Source: Callorhinchus milii (taxonomy: Eukaryota). From it: a stretch of DNA of 64,000 nt. Location of the stretch: positions 25,236,001 through 25,300,000 of the forward strand of contig NW_024704743.1 of the NCBI RefSeq assembly GCF_018977255.1. The letters run 5' to 3'. Within the stretch, counting starts at the first letter, position 1. The number at the start of each line of letters is the position of its first letter. Shown here piece after piece: positions 14,401 through 24,300 of the stretch. Below the pieces are notes generated by a model that was given only the letters and a program-made list of their open reading frames with translations, made no database searches and was not told where the DNA came from. The translations under genes were made by a program, and so were the position numbers.

Positions 14401-15619
14401 TGGGTTCCAGTCCCACATTGAGACTTGAGCTCCCAGTATGGTGACAACACAATCCTTAAATTTGATATAGCATCTTTCACGTCAGTAGATGCCTCAAAAA
14501 GTTTCATTTACTAAGATGTAATAATAAGAATACACATCCAACAATGCACCCACCCGCCCCCCAGTACTACACTGGAGTGTTGGCTTAAACTATATGAGTT
14601 CCAAGGTCCCACACACAGCTCTGACACTTCCAAATCTGATTTCTCTTTTCTTCTCCATCTCCGTCCTGCCTCTCGTTGCTCAATTCTAGTGTAGAATCGT
14701 TCTCCAGCAATTCCTCCCACCTCTCATTCGTTTCCCCTTCCTCCCAACTGGGTCCTCAACTGATTTGCTTCGTGACCCCTGCCCTATCAACAAGGGGGTG
14801 GCAGGTTTTCAGCCATTCTAGCCCTGCTCTCTGGAATTCCACCTCAGTGTCCCTCCCACTCAGTGGCCCTGGTTCACCTTCAAGGTCTGTGTCAAAACAT
14901 CGCTGCTTGACCATGCTTCGCTCATTTTTAGCCTCTCTCCCCTCCCCATTGGCTCCCACCCCCGGTTTGGATGCCTCGCTGGCATATCAAGTGGTTTGAG
15001 ACGTCTTCCTGACATGAAAAGCGCTGTGCGTGTGTAAATTGTACAGTGTTGTAACTACAGTCTCCGCCCCACTTCCTTCTCAGATATTTGTACACTTGTG
15101 CAGTGAACGGTTTGCCATCTTGTGACAGACTATCTGTCATCGCTGTACAAGCTGAAAATAATCATGACAATCACTCAAATTGTGAAGCAAAAACAGAAGC
15201 TAACCCAGTGACATCAAGCATTGCTTGAAACTTGCTCCAGTCAAATTCAGTCCTTCTTCTGCATTGTACCACTATCATTTACAGTGAACACGAAGACACT
15301 CCAGCAACTCACCCGAAAAGCTAACCTAACTCTCTCAGACGTTTGTAATATCAATTACCAGATCTGTGGAGAAAAATCACCTGGTCATCTAAAGGACTCC
15401 TAAGAGTCGACACTTGTCCTTTGCTACCTGTACCTTTCCATGTTGAGTTGCAGTCTGTTGAATAACTTCAGTATCTTCAAGTGTAAAATGGCCAGCCTGC
15501 AGCAGGTTATCCAGCAAGCATTCAGTGTTTTTAATGCCATTCACTAATTCCACCCGATGCGACCTCAGGAGATCGAGGTAAGAGGGACTCTTGTGTCTCG
15601 GAGTTGCTAGTTGCTCCAT
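2352..15619 (-). CDS. NOD1: NOD1-B, tandem NOD1 paralogue, 3'-incomplete in window; exons 15434-15619, 13878-14052, 10398-12207, 9950-10033, 8552-8635, 8358-8441, 7154-7237, 3835-3918, 2352-2435
   Basis: Same exon sizes and phases as NOD1-A, Kozak-like gtcaccATGg, uninterrupted frame through nine exons, intact Walker A and B. LRR7 and the terminal exon were not found in the window. Confidence 0.9.
3835..3918 (-). CDS. NOD1: NOD1-B LRR exon 5
   Basis: 84 nt, [28 protein letters not shown]. Confidence 0.9.
5057..5347. repeat. Perfect 143-bp tandem duplication within a SINE
   Basis: 5057-5199 = 5200-5342, bounded by aataa microhomology. Confidence 0.9.
6707..7083 (+). mobile_element. tRNA-derived SINE, long subfamily
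   Basis: Contains the extra tgtttacctagcagtaagtaggaacc segment; further copies at about 3442-3785(+), 28160-28465(+), 52995-53322(+). Confidence 0.82.
7154..7237 (-). CDS. NOD1: NOD1-B LRR exon 4
   Basis: 84 nt, [28 protein letters not shown]. Confidence 0.9.
8358..8441 (-). CDS. NOD1: NOD1-B LRR exon 3
   Basis: 84 nt, [28 protein letters not shown]. Confidence 0.9.
8552..8635 (-). CDS. NOD1: NOD1-B LRR exon 2
   Basis: 84 nt, [28 protein letters not shown]. Confidence 0.9.
9950..10033 (-). CDS. NOD1: NOD1-B LRR exon 1
   Basis: 84 nt, [28 protein letters not shown]. Confidence 0.9.
10398..12207 (-). CDS. NOD1: NOD1-B NACHT/HD1/WHD/HD2 exon
   Basis: Lies within ORF 10394..12220; 1810 nt, phase 1 to phase 2, ends SKLTVLR|gtaagc. 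Confidence 0.95.
12968..13710 (-). mobile_element. L2-clade LINE 3' fragment
   Basis: [42 protein letters not shown]; (TTG)n tail. Confidence 0.9.
13878..14052 (-). CDS. NOD1: NOD1-B coding exon 2 (CARD C-half)
   Basis: 175 nt, [58 protein letters not shown]. Confidence 0.9.
15434..15619 (-). CDS. NOD1: NOD1-B coding exon 1 (CARD N-half)
   Basis: [62 protein letters not shown]|gtaca; likely acceptor at 15660-15661. Confidence 0.88.
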
Positions 15620-16875
15620 GGTGACTCCCCGTGGAGGTAGAAGTAAAAAGTCAATTTTCCTAAAGAAGCAAATATCATCCAGTTTAATGTGGGACTATTG
15701 GTAATAAGAATTACTAGTGTTATTTTTTGACACAATTTGGATCATCCTGTTTGTAGAGTTTGATAAACAAAATTAATTTCAATGAGACAGAGCTGCATTC
15801 ATTTCCTTTTCTGTTTGTATCTCTGTCATTAGGCACTGAACTAAAAGGTAAAGCATGTAAGAACATGAAAAGAGGCTATTCAGCCTACTGAAGCACACCC
15901 TTTGATCTGCAAATGGACCTTTGTGCCGGGAAGATTAAAAGCATTAGGAACTACAGTGACAATCTCCTGTCTGACAAGAGAGAGAGTTCAGTTTGTACTG
16001 TACCTGTCTGGATCCACAAGTTCCTGCCTGCCTACTTCACGTCCTCAAGGTGTCTCCTCCTTTGAGATCATTTTACTTTCATTGAATCCTCAGGGTCCGC
16101 AGGCCTGTGCTGAGTGTCAGCTGTTTATCAGTAACACCGGGGGCAGGAACTTCTCAGGTAATTCGGTTGCGATATGTTTTCAGGAATCAGTCCCCAGCTT
16201 GTTCCTCTTCACCGTGAAGTTAGTGACTGCATTGATTTCCCCAAACCCTACCTCTTCCCTAAAACAACGTCACCTCTTCAGTCAAACAGGATGCAAGAGG
16301 CTACTTTGTGTTGCTCATATCAAACTTCTTGCGAAACATTTAACTGGCAGTTGCTGCAGACTGTCACCTAAGAAGTTTCTGAAGCAGAATGGTTTTACTA
16401 ACCTCAGGGTCACCGGTTCTGCTTCTTTTAGTTTGCTCAGTGCATTAAACGTGTTATGCCGTTCACACTGAATGACTAGCCAACGCAGCATAATGTAGTC
16501 ATACACTTCTTAAATAACAATCTATAGTTATTTGCTAAGAGTATCACCCAGTCAGTATTGAGCGCAAAAAAAACAATTAGAATAGTTCTCCTGCATGAAC
16601 AAGGAAAAGGTTAGGCTAGTAAAACATGATATGAAACATCTTAACTATTTGCTATGAAGGGCAAGGGGATAGACACAACCAAGGGCAATTTACACACCTA
16701 TCTACAGAAACCAGAGCCACCATACTGGGTTAACAGAAGGGGTAAAATGAACTCCTTAGGGGCTGAAATACTATTTATACATCAAAGCTAAAAGGAAATT
16801 AAATTCTGATTTGTTTCAGAGTATGTCACTCGTGGGGGAACAATTGATTTTTTTGTACTTTTTTGCTCTTCATAC

Positions 16876-17035
16876 ATTGCTATGTTGGGTGACATTCATC
16901 TTTGAATGTGAAATACTGTAGCAGGTTATCCACGGAGCAGTCAGTGTTTTAATTCCGATCACCAACTCCATCTGATGTGACCTGAGGTGACGAGGTTGAG
17001 ATGAGAGGCTCTGTTGTCTTCCCACCTGTCCACAT
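16876..17035 (-). pseudogene. Degenerate duplicate of the NOD1-B CARD exon 1
   Basis: Aligns to 15434-15619 (e.g. gcaggttatccacggagcagtcagtgttttaattcc vs gcaggttatccagcaagcattcagtgtttttaatgcc) with 1-bp frameshifts and deletions; GT donor retained at the homologous position. Confidence 0.8.
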
Positions 17036-17407
17036 TCAATTTCATCATGTTCTTTCTCTGTGCAACTAATTACATTAAATCTCCAGCTCCAAAACAAGCC
17101 ATTCTGCCCATCTAATTTGTTCTGGTATTGTTACTCACCATCCTAATCTTCCTTTCCTCGCCTCCTCCTTCCCATACCCATCTAATCCCTTCTCCCTCAT
17201 TACCTTATGGCAGAGTAAGCAGTTAGCTCTTCCTGCACTTTTGGAAACAGTGTCATGATGCGTAATCTCAAACATTGACCAACAAATCAAATTTTACCAA
17301 ACGGCTAATGCAAACTATTTACACTCTTTTCTTCCTTAAGTTGTCAAAGACTTCCTCAATGTGTTTTGCCACCAGCTCTTCAGTGACTTTTAATTTTCTC
17401 AACACGA

Positions 17408-17732
17408 TAATAATAATAATAATAATCCTTGCATTTGATATAGCGCTTTTCACGTCGGGAGGACGTCCCAAAGCGCTTCACAGAACACACTGTAAAGTGA
17501 ATTGACTGTATATTTGTGGGCGAACGCGGCAGCCAATTGTGCACAGCAATGTCCCACAAACAGTCGTAGATTGAAAATGACCAATTTATTATTGGTTTTG
17601 GTTTTTGGAGGGATTATTATTAGGCTCTGTGTGGAGTAAGGAAACTTGCCCAAGGTTTCGCCCTCTGCCTGGAATTGAACTCAGGTCTCTGGAATTGAAC
17701 CAGTGGTGCTCTAACCACTGAGCTACAGGACT
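17408..17732 (-). mobile_element. tRNA-derived SINE, short subfamily
   Basis: Near-identical reverse complement of 25990-26304. Confidence 0.85.
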
Positions 17733-18254
17733 CTTGATAAAGCCTGAAAAATCGAAACAAAATTGTAGATTTAAAAGCAAAAATACCAGGCCACAGGAGA
17801 GAACATTTGAGCAAATTTTGCTTTGAATCCCATTGATTATCACTGGTGTTAGCTTCCCATAACTGACTGTTGGTTTGCAAGTATTATAGTTTCAACTGCT
17901 ACTACCAACTTCCTCAATGGGTTTCTTCCCTAGCCCTTTAGCAGTTCTGCATTAATCCAGAATGTACTCAGACTTCATTTCAGAACGTGACAAGGTCAAA
18001 TACTTGTGTTTTTTCCTCATAAGAGTAAACCTTTGTCAGATTGTTTGGAAAAGTGATAGATTCCATACATCCAAGAACACAAAACAGACACTTTGCAAGA
18101 TTATTTCTCAGGGTTTTTTTTCATTCTAAGCAAGAGCTTCTTAAGATTCTCTGCAAAGGAAAGACTGCATGCACAAAATAACCCTCAATTGATGTGAGTT
18201 TGCTGATGTCATTGTAAACTCCTTCCACTCACACAAATGCTCAGGGCAATAAGA

Positions 18255-18790
18255 CAAAACCAGAGGCCCGCCTGCCAATAGTGGGGCGAGCGAGGCGGGG
18301 GACGTGAAACAGGCAGGAGCCCACTGAGCGGAGGGAGCAAACAGGGTGATAGGGGGTTAGGAGGTTGCAGAGGTAGGGGGGAGCAAAACCATGGAGGACT
18401 TTGAAGGTGAGGACCAGGATCTTGAACTGTATCCTCTGTGTGATGGGAAGCCAGTGGAGTTGGGCGAGGATGGAGGTGATAGGGTCATTGGGGCCTAGTG
18501 CGGGAGAGGACACGGGATGCAGAGTTCCAAATGATCTGCAGTCTATGGAGGGAGGAGTTAAGGAGTCCGACAAACAATGAGTTTGCATAGTCGAGCCTCG
18601 ATGTAATGAAAGCACGTATAAGGGGTTTCGGCAGCCTGTTGTGTGAGACAGTGGAGGAGACGGGCAACGTTGCGGAGGTCGGGGAAGGCAGAATGGGGCA
18701 TGGCGCAGATGTGGGGTAGAAAGTATAGTTGAGGGTCAAACAAGATCCCAAGGTTCCAGGATGGCTTAGCAAGGTGGAGTTGCATCCATG
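18255..18790 (-). mobile_element. L2-clade LINE fragment
   Basis: [43 protein letters not shown] across frames. Confidence 0.85.
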
Positions 18791-19188
18791 GATGCCTGAG
18801 GTGAGCAGTGCTCCAGGCTATATATAACAATGACTTGCATTTATATATCGTCCCTCACACTGGGTAACATTCCGAAGTGCTTGCATATATAGGGTTTCTG
18901 CACAGAGAGAACACCTACAGGATATATATTATTAATAATAATACTCTTTGCATTGAATATAACACCTTTCAGGTTCAGGAGTATGTCTCCGAGAATGTCA
19001 CAGGATTTACTCTAAAGTGTAGTCACTGTGTATTTTGAAGGCAAAATATAGGATAGCTGCCCAGAGCTTAAAAACCCCTCCAGGTTACATATAGAATCAG
19101 TTATTAGGTTGACTGAAATATATAGAAATTATAACACATTATAGCAATTATAACACATTAGTTTAAAATGTTAAGAGAACGCTGAGTC

Positions 19189-19749
19189 TGTTGGTTCCAG
19201 GTGCTGGGAGAAGCAGGTACAACCTATAGTCTTGGAGTATGAGGTAAGGGCCACCTGGAGATAGGGGGAAGACCATGAGCCTGGCACCAGGACAACGGAA
19301 CGTGTGTCTGAAAGCTTTTCTTGTAAACCAGTTACACTCTCAAGGATAGTACTGAGATACGGTTAAGCCTGTCTCAATTCCACATGGCCAAAAGAAGAAA
19401 ACCTCGTTAATCAGGTTAGACAGGACAAAGGAAGAATAAAATTCTGGTGACCATAATCTTATCTGGTCGGAGCAAAGCTTAGAAGGGAATTTAGTATAAT
19501 TGGGGTGCCACCGAACAGAGAGGGGTGGAAGCAGAGAGAAAAAGAGAACGTGAGTATTGCAAAAGCTTGAGCTTGGGAAGCCGACACGAAAGACTGAAAT
19601 CAGCCTCCAGACTACATAGAAGTGGTAGCATGACTATTTATCTCTTTTGCTATATACTCATAAACTGTTATTGAATAATAAACCATTATACCTTTATTAA
19701 GGATTGTTGAGTCATTATTTCGGATTCTCCGGTTCGGTATATCCCAACA
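19189..19749 (+). mobile_element. Candidate solo LTR
   Basis: TGTTGG...CCAACA inverted termini, TATAA at 19495, AATAAA at 19677; no clean TSD. Confidence 0.4.
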
Positions 19750-21277
19750 CAGTGCACAGAGAAAACAGCACTGACCAATTACGTAAGGTATTTCCACCAA
19801 GAAAATACATGTGTGGTAACACTCTTTTAAAAACATTTCTGAGCGCACTTAAATTATTTGTGTTTGAAACCTGACAACGGAGCAATACCGAGAGGTAGGT
19901 GGAAGAGGCTAAGCGAGGACTTTGTTGTGCTATGTTAACAAAAATAACTGGTAAAGCCTATGACCTGAAGAAGGAGCTGGACAACAAGCTGGAAAGAAAC
20001 AAGGGTCCGCTCCTCAGTGATAAGTTGTCACCATATACACAGAGTATTTGTCATCAGGAAAATTTATACAGACATACAGACAGCTGCGCTTATTGCGTTC
20101 TACCTGCGAATGACATTTTCTAAAATTCAAAATAGATGAGAGAAGACTCAGCTCCTTTCTAATATTAGAAACTTGAAAGTTGGCACGAAAAGCAGCTCAA
20201 CCTTTTTATTAAATGATCCAATTTCAGCTTAAAAATTCAGCTGAGCTGTGTTGGTTACTGTGGTCAACTGTGACACTGTGCGCAGAGAGACAGCCAGCAA
20301 AGGCCAGGCCTATCCAAATAGGAAGATGAGAAAAATTTTTGCAAAGATCTCCTAGTTTTTGTGGCCTGAGAACAGGTCATCTGCAAACCACCTCACCCAC
20401 CCCAACCCCCTCCCCTATTTGTTGATATGTGATACTCAGGCAGAAAAAAAAGGAAAAACGACTTTAAAAAGAATGAGACTAACACCCACAAAATATACAG
20501 TCAATTCACTTTACAGTATATTCTGTGAAACGCTTTGAGACGTCTCAAAAGCATGATAAGGCGCTATATCAAATGCAAGGATTATTATTTATTGTAACAC
20601 TCACCGCCAAAAATGTACACTGCTATAGACTGAAATTGTCTTGATAGACTTGCATAGATGGCATGGCATAGAAACAAGCTGCCTGTCCTGGTATTTATAC
20701 TCCACATGAATATCCTTCCCATAGCCTCTATTCCCCATTCCCTCATGTGTGGATCTGGTTTCCTCTTAATTGCATCTTTTGTATCTGATTCAACCACCGA
20801 TTTTCAAAACCAAACAATTGCAAATTGGATCAATTCATTTCCACAAGTTTATTCGTTTTTTAACCAAAAATAAATTCAACCGTTTGATGATTTTTTAAAA
20901 ATCCCCGCAAAAAATCCTGATTGCAAATATTGTCAATATAAGTCCATATTCCATTTTGTGTGAATTTCCTGTAACGGAGGAGTAGATGGAGCAGTCCCAG
21001 CCATTGTTTTATCTGGTGAAATGAAACAGTGGGTAGCAGCTTCAGCTTGTACATTTATGGAGTGCTGGGACCACTTTTTGGATATAGAATATATAAAATG
21101 CTATAGTTTTACATACTGTACCTAGTGTTATTTGATTTTATTTCCAAGTTTTTCATCTCATTCAACCCAAAACCCAACAATCATTATTTACAGAATATTT
21201 GGCAGTTTTTTTCATTCCTCTACGCAGTGTTAAAGCTCAGCTTCACGGTGGGCCAAGGCTGGATCCATTCCTGACGA

Positions 21278-21347
21278 TCAGAGCACAATTCTTGTGTCAT
21301 TCTCAAACGATTTGGCTTCTTCTGCGGATATGTTGTTGCCATTCAAG
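21278..21347 (-). CDS. NOD1: NOD1-A terminal coding exon
   Basis: [22 protein letters not shown]; candidate AATAAA on the minus strand at 21137-21142. Confidence 0.88.
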
Positions 21348-24300
21348 CTGAATTGGAAAGGACACACAATGAAGAGGTGAAGGGTTATCCATAAAACCAT
21401 AGCAAATATTGCATGATATGTCTATCAACCAAACTCAGAGAAAGACCCAGAGCAAAGGAACAAGGGAGGGAGAGGTGACCGCAGATGCAGTCAAAGAGAT
21501 AAGATGTTTAGGCAGGTTTCAAAGACAAGATTGAGAAGGAGCGAGACGGAGAGGTAGAGCGAGGGAGTTCCAAAGATTGGGGGCATAGTTGCTGAAATAA
21601 GAACGTAAAAGCTGAATAATTCAGAATCATAGAATTATACAGCACAGAAGGAGGCCTTTTGGCCCATCTTGTCTGTGCCGACTCTTTGAAAGGAGCTATC
21701 CAAATCATTCCCACTCCCCCGCTCTCTCCCCATATCCTTGCAAACTTGTCCTCCCCAAATAATTATCTACTTCCCTCTTAAAAGTCGTTATCGAATCGGC
21801 TTCCACCACCATTTCAGGCAATGCATTCCAGATCCAAACAACTCGGAAATAAAACACGACAGAGTGGAAATTCACCACAGGGTGATGAGCATTTGAAGAG
21901 ACATGTTTATAGATGCAGGGTCCCTGATGAAGGATCACAACCGCAAATGTTAATCACTCTTTCTCTATCAGGCACTGATTGATTCCCCTCCCTTCTCCTT
22001 GCATTTCCTGTAACGCAGCAAATATCTAAATATTTAACTTCCACTATTGCCAGTTGTACTGGCTCAATCCCCATGTAGAAATTGGCAGTGCTCGCTAAGA
22101 GTTTTATGATTGTTAGGTTAAGGCCGTGCATTGCCTCTTTGCTGAGACTCATTTTCAACAGAAAATACTCCAGACGCTTGATGTCAAGGTGACAGTAGTA
22201 TATTGGTGCTTTAACATGCTGTGTGTTAAGTGATTACTACCATTTATTAATTGCAATCCCCCACATCAGATATTTTAGTCTAAATCCTGTCTTCATAAGA
22301 ACAATTCCAACCTCATCTCCCCTAAGGTGAGTATGCAAGTCAGATCAGGCTGCTCCCTCACATCTACCAATTAGTCGGCTCCCAACAACACTGGCAGTAG
22401 CCTACAACAGTGAGCCTGCTGTCCTGTTGCAGGGAAGTAAGTTTCAGACACATCAAGGAGCAGAACAAGAGGGTTGCAAGGCCAATTTCAGGGCAGATTC
22501 ACCTGGAAGTATATATTTACGGCTGGAATGATTTTCCAGGAATGGTGGTTGAGCCCAGGATGTTTGACTTATTTAAGAAACCACTTGTTACTGCAATGGG
22601 AGGACAGTATGCTAGGTCTAATGGAAGTAATCAAACAGGCCTTTTTCATCCAAACTTCTCTTGTGATCTCGTGTGACGTATGGTATAGAGAAACTCAAGA
22701 GAAGTAAATGCTCATAAACAGAATGGAGATAGTTAAGCCATTATTCCCAAGTCAAATAGACATATCCTTACCAGATCTCTTCTATGAATGTGTTTTCTTT
22801 GAGTACATCACTGAAATACTTGGCTCCAAGCGCTGTAATTTTATTATTTATCAGCCTGCAAATAAGAAATATATTTGAGTGTTGTGAATAGAAAAAAAGG
22901 TTTCATTCCTGGATATGCTGAAGGGTGGCTTTGTGTCTTAATTGTTTGAGGAGCCTACACCAAGAGATACTGGATTGTGTATCCTGTAATAAACAGGGGT
23001 GTCTTCACTCCAGCAATTCCCCACGTGTCAAATGTTTTAAGCTCAATCATATCTTCAGCGTAAGGTTACCATCTCCCTTCAGAGAGGATGAGAATACTGG
23101 GAGGAATAATTAATCCAACTGCTCCTTCACATCTATTAGCAACAAGATGGTGTTTAGAGAGCATCTGGAGAGTAGAGTTCAATGGCAAGTCAGATTTTCT
23201 CCTCGTCAGCCTCACTAGTTTCACTCTCCAGAAGCTTCAACTCATTCAATACTTTGTAGCTTGGGTTTTCTCTCACACAAAACTCTCCACACTGTCCTTG
23301 CCAAGCTCCATTGGCTCTCAGTTCCACAGCAGATTGAGTTTAAGACCTTTTTCCTCGTTTTAAAATCTAAGCATAGTCTCACCACTCGCTGCCTATACAG
23401 TCTTCTTCAGCCCTAAATTCCAGTCTATATCTTCCATTCTTTCAATTGGTTTACATTAATTCACTCTCCATTTCCTTACCACTTTCCTCACCTCCTCTTT
23501 CCGCACCTGGTTTCAAAACAGTCCTAAACACATAGCTCATTAATCCTATCTTCTGCTGACATTCTTAAATCTATTATGTACCTGACGTGTGCATTTATCA
23601 AGTGTGAGATGCTCTTATGTGCAAATTGCTGTTTCTCTACTTTTAACCTATACAAACTCGCAAACTGTAAGTGGAAATCATAGCATTAAATCACATCCGG
23701 CTTAAATAACATCAAAATGCACAAGAGCAACGCTTTAGTGAAGACCCCTTCAGTGTGGTGAGCTCTGCAGCTGTCTCCTAGTTCTGAGTCACCTGAAGGC
23801 ATTGATTTGTCCTGTTTTAAGGTAAATTGCAGGCACTGTTCCAAATTGGTTTGGAAAGTTACGACTCAGCAAATGTTTTGCTCAGGTGCATGTTTCCCTG
23901 AGTGTGCATGCACCACACTTCAGGAAGCAAGGAAAACTGTAAAATTATACCCTGCCAATTTTTTTTATCTTAAAGAGCTAAAGAAACCAGAATTATAAAA
24001 ATTTCCCTTTTTTCACCTCATTACTGAAGTATTAACTTCCACAAACAACAACAACAACAAGATTCCATTTATAAAGCGCCTTTCACGTCAGGAGGACGTC
24101 CCAAGGCGCTGCACAGTTGGGTCATGACCCGAGCAGGGGGGAAATGGTCAGGGTGAGGGGAGGGAAGGGAGGGAGCGAGGAGGGGGGAAATGGTCAGGGT
24201 GAGGGGAGGGAAGGGAGGGAGCGAGGAGGGGGAAGAGAGTCGAGAGGGGAGCTGAAGGCTCGGTCAAAGAGAAGACAAACACCAGGGGGCCTCGGGCACC

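Noticed and set aside
10398..15619. Calling the second copy NOD2 or NLRC3
   Set aside because: Single intact CARD, NOD1-type exon sizes and motifs ([33 protein letters not shown]).
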